From Planctomycetota bacterium (GTDB lineage Bacteria > Planctomycetota > UBA1135 > GCA-002748355), in assembly GCA_041398545.1 (NCBI GenBank), contig JAWKUM010000003.1, positions 222,385 to 286,384 on the forward strand: 64,000 nucleotides of DNA, in the 5' to 3' direction. The position numbers and the translations under genes are program-made. The notes beneath the pieces were generated by a model. The model was not told the DNA's origin. It did no database searches and worked only from the letters and a program-made list of their open reading frames with translations. Of this stretch, positions 52,950 through 62,600 are shown one piece after another (positions within the stretch are counted from its first letter, which is position 1; each line of letters starts with the position of its first letter).

Positions 52950-53891
52950 ATGCGCAGGAGGGCACGGAGGGGCAGGATCGCGATCATCGGGGCCCTCGTG
53001 GCCCTGCTCCTGTTCCTCGCCTGGCTGCTCGAGCTGCCGGGCGGGACCTGGCCCAAGCCGGGGGACGGCGGCACGGCCAAGGTCGGCGGCGGCGCGGGCG
53101 GCGGGGCCGCCGGCGAGCAGACCGCCGAGACCGGCCCGGAGCGCCCCGAGGCCGGGGGGACCACGGGAGCCGGCGGCGCGGCCGCTGCCGGAGGCGCCCC
53201 GGGTGAGCCGGACGCGGGCACCGGGCCCCGCGGCGGGGAGCCGTCGCCGGCCGGGCCACCTCCGGAGGACTGGCTGGCCGGTCAGCGCGAAGCCTTCCTC
53301 GGCCTGCTCGGGGACGACCGGGTCGGCGACGCCCGCGCCATCGTCGCGCGCCTGCGCGCCAACGGCCACCAGACCGCCCTGGACCTCGCCGCCGAGCTCG
53401 ACCGCGAGCTGATGCGCCACCTCCGACGCCTCGAGCAGGGCTTCCGCACGGCCTGGGACGGCGGGGACCTGGGCGCGGCCGAGGCGGCCCTCAGGCCGCT
53501 GCGGCAGGGCTTCCCGGAGCGGGCCGAGCTCCTGCTCGGCGGCCCGCTGCGCAGGGCCGAGGTCGGCGAGGACGAGCTCCGCGGGCTGGCCGCGGCCCTC
53601 GACGACGTGCTGCCGCGGATCCTCGACGCCGGCCGGACCCTCGTCCGGCTCGAGGGTCGCTTCGCCGTCGTGCGCGTGCCCGGGACCAAGGGCGGCCACC
53701 GCGACGTCAAGGTACCGCTGACCGACCTCGACCCGGCGACCATGTACCGGACCCTCGACGCGGCCGGGGCGCGGGCGCGGGCGACCGTGCTCGCGCGGCT
53801 CTACCTGGCCGACGACCGGCCGCTGGCCGCGGCGCTGGCGCTCAGGGGGCGGCTGAGCCTTCCGGAGGCGCTTCCGGATCCCGGCCGATGA
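52950..53891 (+). CDS. Hypothetical membrane-anchored protein
   Basis: MRRRARRGRIAIIGALVALLLFLAWLL (N-terminal anchor), a Gly/Ala/Pro-rich linker and a helical C-terminal domain. No motif recognised. Confidence 0.5.
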   Translation: MRRRARRGRIAIIGALVALLLFLAWLLELPGGTWPKPGDGGTAKVGGGAGGGAAGEQTAETGPERPEAGGTTGAGGAAAAGGAPGEPDAGTGPRGGEPSPAGPPPEDWLAGQREAFLGLLGDDRVGDARAIVARLRANGHQTALDLAAELDRELMRHLRRLEQGFRTAWDGGDLGAAEAALRPLRQGFPERAELLLGGPLRRAEVGEDELRGLAAALDDVLPRILDAGRTLVRLEGRFAVVRVPGTKGGHRDVKVPLTDLDPATMYRTLDAAGARARATVLARLYLADDRPLAAALALRGRLSLPEALPDPGR

Positions 53892-55935
53892 CGCGCAGGA
53901 ACACCAGGATCGCGACGGCCCCGAGGACGAGGGCGATCCACGGCGAGAGGCCGAGGCCGGCGACCGGGAGGTAGCCGAGGACCAGTGCCGTGGCCATGAC
54001 CAGGAGGGCGTAGGGGGCCTGCGTGCGCACGTGGTGGAGGTGGTCGGAGCCGGTCGCGACCGAGCTCAGCAGCGTCGTGTCCGAGATCGGCGAGCAGTGG
54101 TCGCCGAAGATCGCGCCCTCCATGACCGCCCCGATCGACAGGACGACGAGGCCGTACGAGCCGATGTCGGTCCCCGCCCCGAGCTCGTTGGCCATGAGCA
54201 CGACGTTGGGCAGCAGGATCGCCATCGTCGTCCACGACGAGCCGGTCGCGAAGGCCGCGAGGCAGGCGACCAGGAACAGGATGCTCGGCAGCAGCCAGTA
54301 GAGGTCGCGGGCCTGCAGGGCCAGGGCGCTGAGCCAGTAGCGCGAGCCGAGGTCGTCGCAGGCGAAGCCGATGCACCAGGCCAGGACGAGGATCGCGACG
54401 GCGAAGCCGAGCATGCGGGTGCCCTTGAGGCCCGTGACGACGACGTCGCCCGGTCTGAGCGCGCGGCCCAGCAGCGGCAGCAGGGCCGCGCCGAGCGCGG
54501 CGGCGGCCGAGCCGCAGAAGATCGCCCAGGCCGAGTCGGCCGCCCCGACGATCTCGACGAGCCGGCGGAAGCCGCCGAGCTCGGCCCAGGGGCCGTTCCA
54601 GTACCCGTCGCCGCCGGCGCCGAGGCTGGCGAGCCCGGACTGCACGATCAGGCCGATCGTCACGCCGACGAGGAGCAGGATCGGCACGAGGCCGTAGCTG
54701 GCGCGCGGCCGGACCCCCGGCGCGGGGCTGGCCATCTCCCCGGCCGCGCCGACCATCGGCCGGGCGTCCTCGGCCAGCGGCCGGCCGTCGCGTCGGGCCC
54801 GGCGCTCGGCCGTGAGCATCGGGCCGAACTCCCGCCGGGCCAGGATCGTCATCGCGACCATGATGATCGTCAGCAGGCAGTAGAAGCGCAGCGGCATCGT
54901 CTCGAGGAAGACCGAGAAGCCCTGGCCGTCGAGCAGGGTGCCGTCGGGGCGCCGCAGGCCCTCGAGCTGGGGCTGGAAGTACGAGATCTCGGTCGCGACC
55001 CAGGTCGACAGCGGGACGAGGCCGGCGATCGGGGCGGCCGTGGAGTCGACGATGTAGGCCAGCTTCTCGCGGGAGACGCGGAGGCGGTCGGTCAGGGGCC
55101 GCATCGTCGAGCCGACGACGATCGAGTTGGCGTAGTCGTCGAAGAACACGAGCAGGCCCATGAGCCAGGCCGTGAGCTGCGAGCTGCGCGCGCTGCGCGC
55201 CAGGCCGGCGACGAGCTCGACCATGCCCTCGATGCCGCCCGAGCGCGTCATCAACGCGACGGCGACCGAGAGCAGCACGACGAAGCCGAGCACGTGGAGC
55301 TGGAAGGTCTCGCGGAAGACCCCGGTCACGAGCCAGGCGTCGACGAAGTACGGGAGCCCGCCGAGCGGGCCCGCGTGCATCAGCGCGCCGAGCAGGACGC
55401 CGCAGAACAGCGAGGGGATCGTGCGCAGGGTCAGGACGGCGAGCAGGAGGACGAGGAACGGCGGGAACAGGCTCGTCCAGCCCGCGACCGCGGCCTCGAC
55501 CGTGACCGCCGGCAGCGCGCCGGCCTCGCGGCGGTCCTCGGCCGTCAGCGCGAGCCGCCCGCTGCCGGGCTCGTGGGCGAGCCGCAGCACGAGCGGCCGC
55601 TCGCCGCCTTCGACCGGCCGCAGCCACGCCGCGCCGTCGTCGCGCCCGCCCCAGCGGCGCTCGTAGCCGGCCTCGAGCGCCTTGCGCAGCTTGCCCTGGA
55701 CCGGGCCGACCGACGGCGGCGGTCCCTCGAAGCGGACCGGGACGGCCACGGGCGGGGCCTCGCGCCCGGCCTCGAGCCCGGCGAAGGCGTCGTCGAGGAG
55801 GTGGGCGACGATGGACTCGCCCTGGACCGCGAGGAGGTCGGGCTCCGCGGGGCCGGCCAGGCCGAGCAGGGCGAGCAGGAGCAGCACGCCGGCCGCGAGC
55901 AGGACCCGGATCCTCGGCAACATCCCGCGGAGCAT
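53842..55935 (-). CDS. Na+/H+ antiporter, NhaC family, with an N-terminal extracytoplasmic extension
   Basis: Polytopic membrane protein with the NhaC-type motif [23 protein letters not shown]. Confidence 0.8.
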   Translation of the reverse strand: MLRGMLPRIRVLLAAGVLLLLALLGLAGPAEPDLLAVQGESIVAHLLDDAFAGLEAGREAPPVAVPVRFEGPPPSVGPVQGKLRKALEAGYERRWGGRDDGAAWLRPVEGGERPLVLRLAHEPGSGRLALTAEDRREAGALPAVTVEAAVAGWTSLFPPFLVLLLAVLTLRTIPSLFCGVLLGALMHAGPLGGLPYFVDAWLVTGVFRETFQLHVLGFVVLLSVAVALMTRSGGIEGMVELVAGLARSARSSQLTAWLMGLLVFFDDYANSIVVGSTMRPLTDRLRVSREKLAYIVDSTAAPIAGLVPLSTWVATEISYFQPQLEGLRRPDGTLLDGQGFSVFLETMPLRFYCLLTIIMVAMTILARREFGPMLTAERRARRDGRPLAEDARPMVGAAGEMASPAPGVRPRASYGLVPILLLVGVTIGLIVQSGLASLGAGGDGYWNGPWAELGGFRRLVEIVGAADSAWAIFCGSAAAALGAALLPLLGRALRPGDVVVTGLKGTRMLGFAVAILVLAWCIGFACDDLGSRYWLSALALQARDLYWLLPSILFLVACLAAFATGSSWTTMAILLPNVVLMANELGAGTDIGSYGLVVLSIGAVMEGAIFGDHCSPISDTTLLSSVATGSDHLHHVRTQAPYALLVMATALVLGYLPVAGLGLSPWIALVLGAVAILVFLRVIGRDPEAPPEGSAAP

Positions 55936-56036
55936 AGGCGCCCCGCCCGGACCGCAAAGGGCGGAGGCCCCGGCGGCGGCTTCGTTGCCCGCCCTGCGGG
56001 CCCAACCTATGCTCTCGGCTCCTCCGAGGACCCCGC

Positions 56037-56552
56037 GTGCCCGACATCCTCTACTTCACCCTGCTGTTCGTGACCCTCGTCGTCCTGGCGGCCATCCTCT
56101 GGTCGCGGCTCGGGCGGTACGAGGCGTACCTCCGCGACCTGCAGGGGATCCAGACCCTCAACGAGCGGCTCCGGGACCTCGTCGACGGGCTCGAGGGCCT
56201 CAAGACCCGCCGGGTCGAGGAGCAGCTCCTCGGCGTCCAGGACCTCCTCGAGCAGATCCGCAACGGCATCCAGCGGTCCCTGGACCGCCCGGCGGTCGTG
56301 CAGGAGCTCGTCGCCGCGCCGGCGGGCCAGCCCGAGCTGACGATCCACGACCTCGTCGAGGCCAAGCTGTTCAACCTCGGCTACCGCGAGGTCGTCATCG
56401 TCAACGACCTGGACGTGGCCGAGCCCGGCGAGCCGATCCGCGTCGTCGTCGAGGCGCGCAAGGACGGCGCGATCCACAAGGGCCACCTCGTGCTCAAGGG
56501 CCGCAGCGTCACCGAGGTGGACCTGCAGCCCGTGTTCGGCAGTTTTCCGTGA
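56037..56552 (+). CDS. Hypothetical membrane-anchored coiled-coil protein
   Basis: N-terminal TM segment [19 protein letters not shown], a helical region, and a C-terminal alpha/beta region. The stop is immediately followed by hexamer array A. Confidence 0.55.
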   Translation: MPDILYFTLLFVTLVVLAAILWSRLGRYEAYLRDLQGIQTLNERLRDLVDGLEGLKTRRVEEQLLGVQDLLEQIRNGIQRSLDRPAVVQELVAAPAGQPELTIHDLVEAKLFNLGYREVVIVNDLDVAEPGEPIRVVVEARKDGAIHKGHLVLKGRSVTEVDLQPVFGSFP

Positions 56553-56702
56553 AACCGGAACCGGAACCGGAACCGGAGCCGGAACCGGAGCCGGAACCGG
56601 AACCGGAACCGGAGCCGGGACCGGAACCGGAACCGGGACCGGAACCGGAACCGGGACCGGAACCGGAACCGGAACCGGAACCGGGACCGGGACCGGAACC
56701 GA
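56553..56702 (+). repeat. Hexanucleotide tandem array A: 25 units, consensus AACCGG
   Basis: Counted by hand: AACCGG x16, GACCGG x5, AGCCGG x3, AACCGA x1, perfectly phased. One + frame reads (Glu-Pro)n and closes with TGA at 56705-56707. Confidence 0.95.
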
Positions 56703-56786
56703 AGTGAGAACGTTGGCCTTGGCAACAACCGCAGAGTGAGTCGGAATGGAAATCAAAGCTGAGGGAACAGCTCGATCCGGAGCAGC

Positions 56787-56942
56787 CTCCAGCTCCCGCT
56801 CCGTCTCCGGATACGGCTCCGTCTCCGTCTCCGGCTCCGGATGCGTCTCCGGTTGCGGTTCCGTCTCCGGATACGGCTCCGGATGCGTCTCCGGCTCCGG
56901 AACCGTCTCCGGTTCCGGTTCCGTCTCCGTCTCCGTCTCCGG
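56787..56942 (+). repeat. Hexanucleotide tandem array B: 26 units, consensus CTCCG(G/T)
   Basis: Units are CTCCGG/CTCCGT with variants TTCCGG, TTCCGT, ATACGG, ATGCGT, TTGCGG, AACCGT. It is related to array A by reverse complementation (CTCCGG vs AGCCGG; TTCCGG vs AACCGG). It ends 24 nt before the asnS start. Confidence 0.95.
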
Positions 56943-56966
56943 TCCCCACATCCATCGACGACCGCG

Positions 56967-58293
<1,327 letters not shown>

Positions 58294-58317
58294 GCGTCCG
58301 GCCGGGCACCGGCCCGC

Positions 58318-58971
58318 TCAGCGGCCGGCGGACCTCCCAGCGCTCGGCGTCGCTCGGGCCACAGGGCGGCGAGCTCGGCCCGACTCGCGGCCGGGACCGG
58401 CGACGGCAGCGCGGCGAGGGCGGCGCCCAGCGCCTTGACCGAGGCCGCATCTGCGGCGCGCCCTGCTGATGCTAGAGAACGGGACCTCCTGGCCGGCGCC
58501 CACGAGGCGGCGTTCGAGGGGTCCAGGGCCATCTCGCGGACGAAGGCCATCTCCTCCCTGGCGCGGATCGCGAGGGCTGTGGAGGCCTCCTCCTGGCCCG
58601 GCAGCCAGCCGCGAGGACGGCCAGGCAGGCCTCCTGCGCCGAGGGGAAGCCGAAGGCGCACAGCGCGCTACGGCGCGGCTGCGCTCCGACAGGTCGAAGC
58701 GCGGGTTACGCCAGATCCCGAGCAGGAACGGGGCCGCGCCGACCTCGCCGCGGGCCTCGACGGCGTCGATCGCCCGCAGCAGGGGCAGGCCGGTGCCGGT
58801 CGCAGAGCTCGGGAAGTCCTGGCGGCCCGTGAGCGTGCCCGAGGGGCTGCCCGCGCATGCGGGGCCAGGGCGAGGAGGACGGGTCAGACCACGCCGCCCT
58901 GGGGAAGGTGGAGGGGCGGGCGGCCCTGGGGGCGGGACAGGGGCCCTGGTGGGGTGGTGCGCGGGCGACAT
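58318..58971 (-). pseudogene. Unidentified minus-strand coding remnant; frames inconsistent
   Basis: Coding-like stretches on the minus strand occur in three frames: GLPLLRAIDAVEARGEVGAAPFLLGIWRNPRFDLSE; ALCAFGFPSAQEACLAVLAAG; WLPGQEEASTALAIRAREEMAFVREMALDPSNAA; VKALGAALAALPSPVPAASRAELAALWPE. Family not recognised and boundaries uncertain. Confidence 0.25.
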
Positions 58972-59042
58972 GGCCCGCAGCCTAGCCGCTGCCCGGGCCG
59001 GGGACAGCGGCCGGTCGTGATGCCCCGGGGACGCGGCCGGGC

Positions 59043-59417
59043 TCAGGCCTCGCCGTCGGCCTCGGGGTCCTTCTCGCGGCGGCGACGGCTCGCGGCGACG
59101 CAGGCCAGGCCGGTGCCGACCAGGAGCAGGGTCGTCGGCTCGGGCACGGCCGGGGGCGGCGGGTCTTCGCCGTTGGGCCCGGGCTGCGGGCCCGGCGCGC
59201 CGCTGGCATCGAGGCCGGGGGTCGTCACCGGGGCGTCGACCGGTGCGGCCTGGGTGCCGCCGGTCGTCGGCGGCTGGAACACGCGGCCGTCGTCCTTGGG
59301 CACGTCGGTCGAGTCGGGGGCGGCAAGCGGGGCGGAGGTGCCCTTGTCATTGCAGCTCGACAAGGGCAGCAGCAGCGCAGAGACGAACGCGAGCTGATGG
59401 AGGAGCTTCATGGTCAC
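59043..59417 (-). CDS. PEP-CTERM sorting-domain protein (small secreted, Pro/Thr-rich)
   Basis: Signal/lipoprotein-like N-terminus MKLLHQLAFVSALLLPLSSC and C-terminal VPEPTTLLLVGTGLACVAASRRRR (PEP motif + TM + basic tail). Confidence 0.8.
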   Translation of the reverse strand: MTMKLLHQLAFVSALLLPLSSCNDKGTSAPLAAPDSTDVPKDDGRVFQPPTTGGTQAAPVDAPVTTPGLDASGAPGPQPGPNGEDPPPPAVPEPTTLLLVGTGLACVAASRRRREKDPEADGEA

Positions 59418-59646
59418 GACGGCGGTCCAGTGGCGGCAGACGGAGCGCCCGCACGCACACCCACGGAATGCAAGCGTGATGCCAGTCGGTGGGAGGCCAG
59501 GCGGGGAGGACGTTCGCTGCGGGGTGGTGTTCAGCCGACGCGGGGCAGGACCGCGATCACGAGGGAACTAGCGGCCCGTTCAGGGCTTGTAACCGCCATC
59601 ATTCCGGGATCGGGACCCCCGGGCGCGCGCGCCGGAACCCGCGGCC

Positions 59647-59672
59647 GGGACGTTGGATCGGTGCAACGTCCC
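59647..59672 (-). terminator. Hairpin downstream of the large minus-strand gene
   Basis: GGGACGTTG-gatcggtg-CAACGTCCC, a perfect 9-bp stem 18 nt beyond the stop at 59690. No T-tract. Confidence 0.3.
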
Positions 59673-59689
59673 GTCGCTCCCGGACAACG

Positions 59690-62600
59690 TCACTTGCCCG
59701 GGCCGGCCTGGGCTCCTTCGAGCAGCGCCTGCATCGGCGCGGTCGGGTAGAGCGAGACCTCGCCGTCGGCCGCGATGAACAGGATCCGATCCTCGCCGGC
59801 CGAGAGCATCGGGACCTCGCTGGCCTTGCCCGCGGCCAGCCGGCAGAACGGCTGGGCGCCCTCGGTCCGGAACAGGTGGCCGCCCTGCTTGTCGAGCGGG
59901 ACCAGGATCAGCCCTCCGGGCCACAGCACGGGGGCCGCGGTCGGCTGTGCCCTGAGCTCCTGCTTGGTGCGCAGCTTGCCGTCGGTGAGCCCGAAGATCC
60001 GCAGCTCCTTGTTGCGCGTGGCCACGTAGACGTGGGCCTTGTCGACCGCGAGGCCCAGGCGCAGGTCGTCGCCGGCGTCGGCCTCCCACATCCAGGTGCC
60101 GTCGTCGGCGCCGTAGGCGTGGAGCTTGTTGGTCGTCGTCGGCACGAGCACCCGGCCCTGGGCGACGAACGGGGAGGCCCAGCCGCAGTTGGCCAGCTCC
60201 ATCTCCCAGCTGACGCTGCCGTCGTACGAGATGCAGCGGACCTTGCCGTCGGTGGTCGCCACGAACAGGCGGGACCGACCGTCGCTCCCCGGGGCCACGC
60301 GCAGCTCGTCGGACGCGAACAGCTGGCGCCGGCGGGCCTCGGCCCGCGGCTCCATCGCCAGGACCTTGCCGGTCTTGGTCGTCAGGGCGAGCTCCCGGCC
60401 CAGGCAGGCGACGGGGAACAGCACGTCCTCGTCGACCTTGACCTCCCACTCGGTCGCGCCGTCGCGCGGGGCCAGGCCGCGGACGACGCCCTCGCGCGAG
60501 ACGAGGACGACGACGTCCCCGAAAGCCAGCGGCCGGTCGAACTCCCCGCTGAGGCCCGGGAAGCGGCGCTGCCACAGCTGCTTGCCGTCCGACAGCCGCA
60601 GGCCGTGGACCTTGCCGTCGCGGTCGGTCACGACGACGAGGTCCTTGTCCGGCAGGCACAGGGCCGGGCTCGTGACGGTGCCCTCGATCGAGGTCTTCCA
60701 GGTCGCGAGGAGCTCCAGGTGGGCCAGGAACCGCGAGTCGGTCGCGGTCCTGGACGGGAACGACACCGGGTCGAAGCCCTCGAGCTCGACGCGGACCTCG
60801 GTCCCCGACTCGGCCAGCATCGGCAGGGTCATCGGCGTGCGGCCGACCGGGTTGCCCCCGACGATGAGCCTGGCTCCCTCGGGGATCGAGCTGACCTCGA
60901 GCGGCAGGCGTACGACCTTGTAGAAGGGCAGGTCCGGGAAGGCCAGGAGGAGGTCGCGGTAGGCGATCAGCGAGCCGCGGTGGTCGCCGCTCCTGCCGCA
61001 GGCCTCGATCTTTTCGAGGAACGACAGGATCTTCTCGCACAGGGCGGCCTTCTGGGCGAACTCCTCCCGCATCGCCTGGTCGGAGACGTTCTTGGCCAGG
61101 TGGCGGTAGTTGGTCAGGGCCTTCTTGAAGTCGAGCTGGCCGAAGGACAGCTGGGCGTCCTTGAAGATCCGGTCGAGCTGGACCGTGTGGGTGAAGGCCT
61201 GCAGGTCGTTCCGGAGATGGTCCTCGAGCCCCTCGACGCGGTCCAGGAGCTCCGAGTAGCGGGCGGCGGCACCGCCCTTGCCTACGCGGCGGGCCCACTC
61301 GATGGCCTGGAGCCGGCCGTTCTTGCCGGCCAGCATGACCTCCAGCTCGAGCTGGCCGTCCTTGAGCGCGTCGAGCCGCATCTCGTTGTCCCCGTCCTCC
61401 TTGGCGAGGAAGTCGTGCAGGCTGCCGAGCCGCTCGTAGATGCCGATCAGGGCGTCGAGCTCGTCCTTGACCGGCTCGAAGCGCCGGCGACCCTGCTCCG
61501 CGGCCAGGATCTCGTTGACCTCGGCGACCTTGACCTGGCGCTGGACCTCGGGGTCGAGGAGCCGCTCCATGAGCTCGCGGTCGTGCTCGCGGCGGGCCTC
61601 GGTGGCCAGCGTCGCCCAGCCCCGGGCCTCGCTGAGGCCGCTGAGCTCGGCGATCATCGACCGCGGGTGGCCGGCGTTCCGCTCCAGGATGTCGGCGATG
61701 ACCTGGACGAAGTCGTAGATCCGCGTCTTGAGGTCGCGGCCCTCGAAACGGTCCTGGGCGAAGCCGAGCTCGCGCAGCCGCTTGGCGCGGTCCTGGTCGT
61801 CGATGCCGGGGGCCTGCAGGACCTGCACGGCCTTGCGCAGCTCGAGGATCCGAGCGGTCTCCTCGTCCTCGAGCTGCCGGCTGCGCACGACCTGCTCCTG
61901 GAACCGGCGCTCGGCCTGCTCGAGCTCGCCGCGATAGTGCAGCGGGTGGGCGGCCAGCCGCTCGGTGAGCTGGCGACGGATCTGCTCGGGGTCGACGTTG
62001 GTCGGGCTCTGGACCAGGATCGCCTGGTAGCCGGCGAGGTCCTCGAGGATCCGCAGCAGGGCCAGCTTGGTCGGGTCGGCCAGCATCAGGGCCTCCTGGG
62101 CGACCAGGAGGCGGGCCGAGGGGCTGCCGTGCTTGATCGCCTCGGCGAGCCTCAGCAGGTCGTCCTCGTCGAGGGTCCGGAGCGGCTTGCTGATGTCGAC
62201 CCCGGGGGCCCGCTGGCCGCTGATCAGCTTGGTGACCTCGGCGAGCTTGTCGACCTCCTCCTTGTTCTTGTCGATCTCGGTGAAGTCGCCGAGCAGCTCC
62301 TCGCTGTAGCCGGGCAGGACGCTGGCGTTGGTCGTGACCTCCTCCTCGGAGAAGAACGGGTGGTGCTTCTCGAGCGTCAGGCGGGCCAGCTCGAGGAACC
62401 TCCGGAACGCGACGCGCCGGGCCTCGGGGAACCGGGCCTGGAGGGCCTCGAGCGCCTGGTTGCGCTCCGCCTCGTTGTGCATCGCGTTGGGGTCGGGCAG
62501 CGGCTCCGTGCCGGACCGGGCGACCTCGTCGAGGAGCTCCCGCGCGAGGCCCTCCTCGAGCTCGCGGAAGACCCCGTGGATCTGCTCGCCACGCTTCTTG

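Noticed and set aside
56553-56942. Hexamer arrays as a CRISPR array
   Set aside because: The repeat unit is only 6 bp with no spacers, and there are no cas genes. This is a microsatellite-type tandem repeat, not CRISPR.
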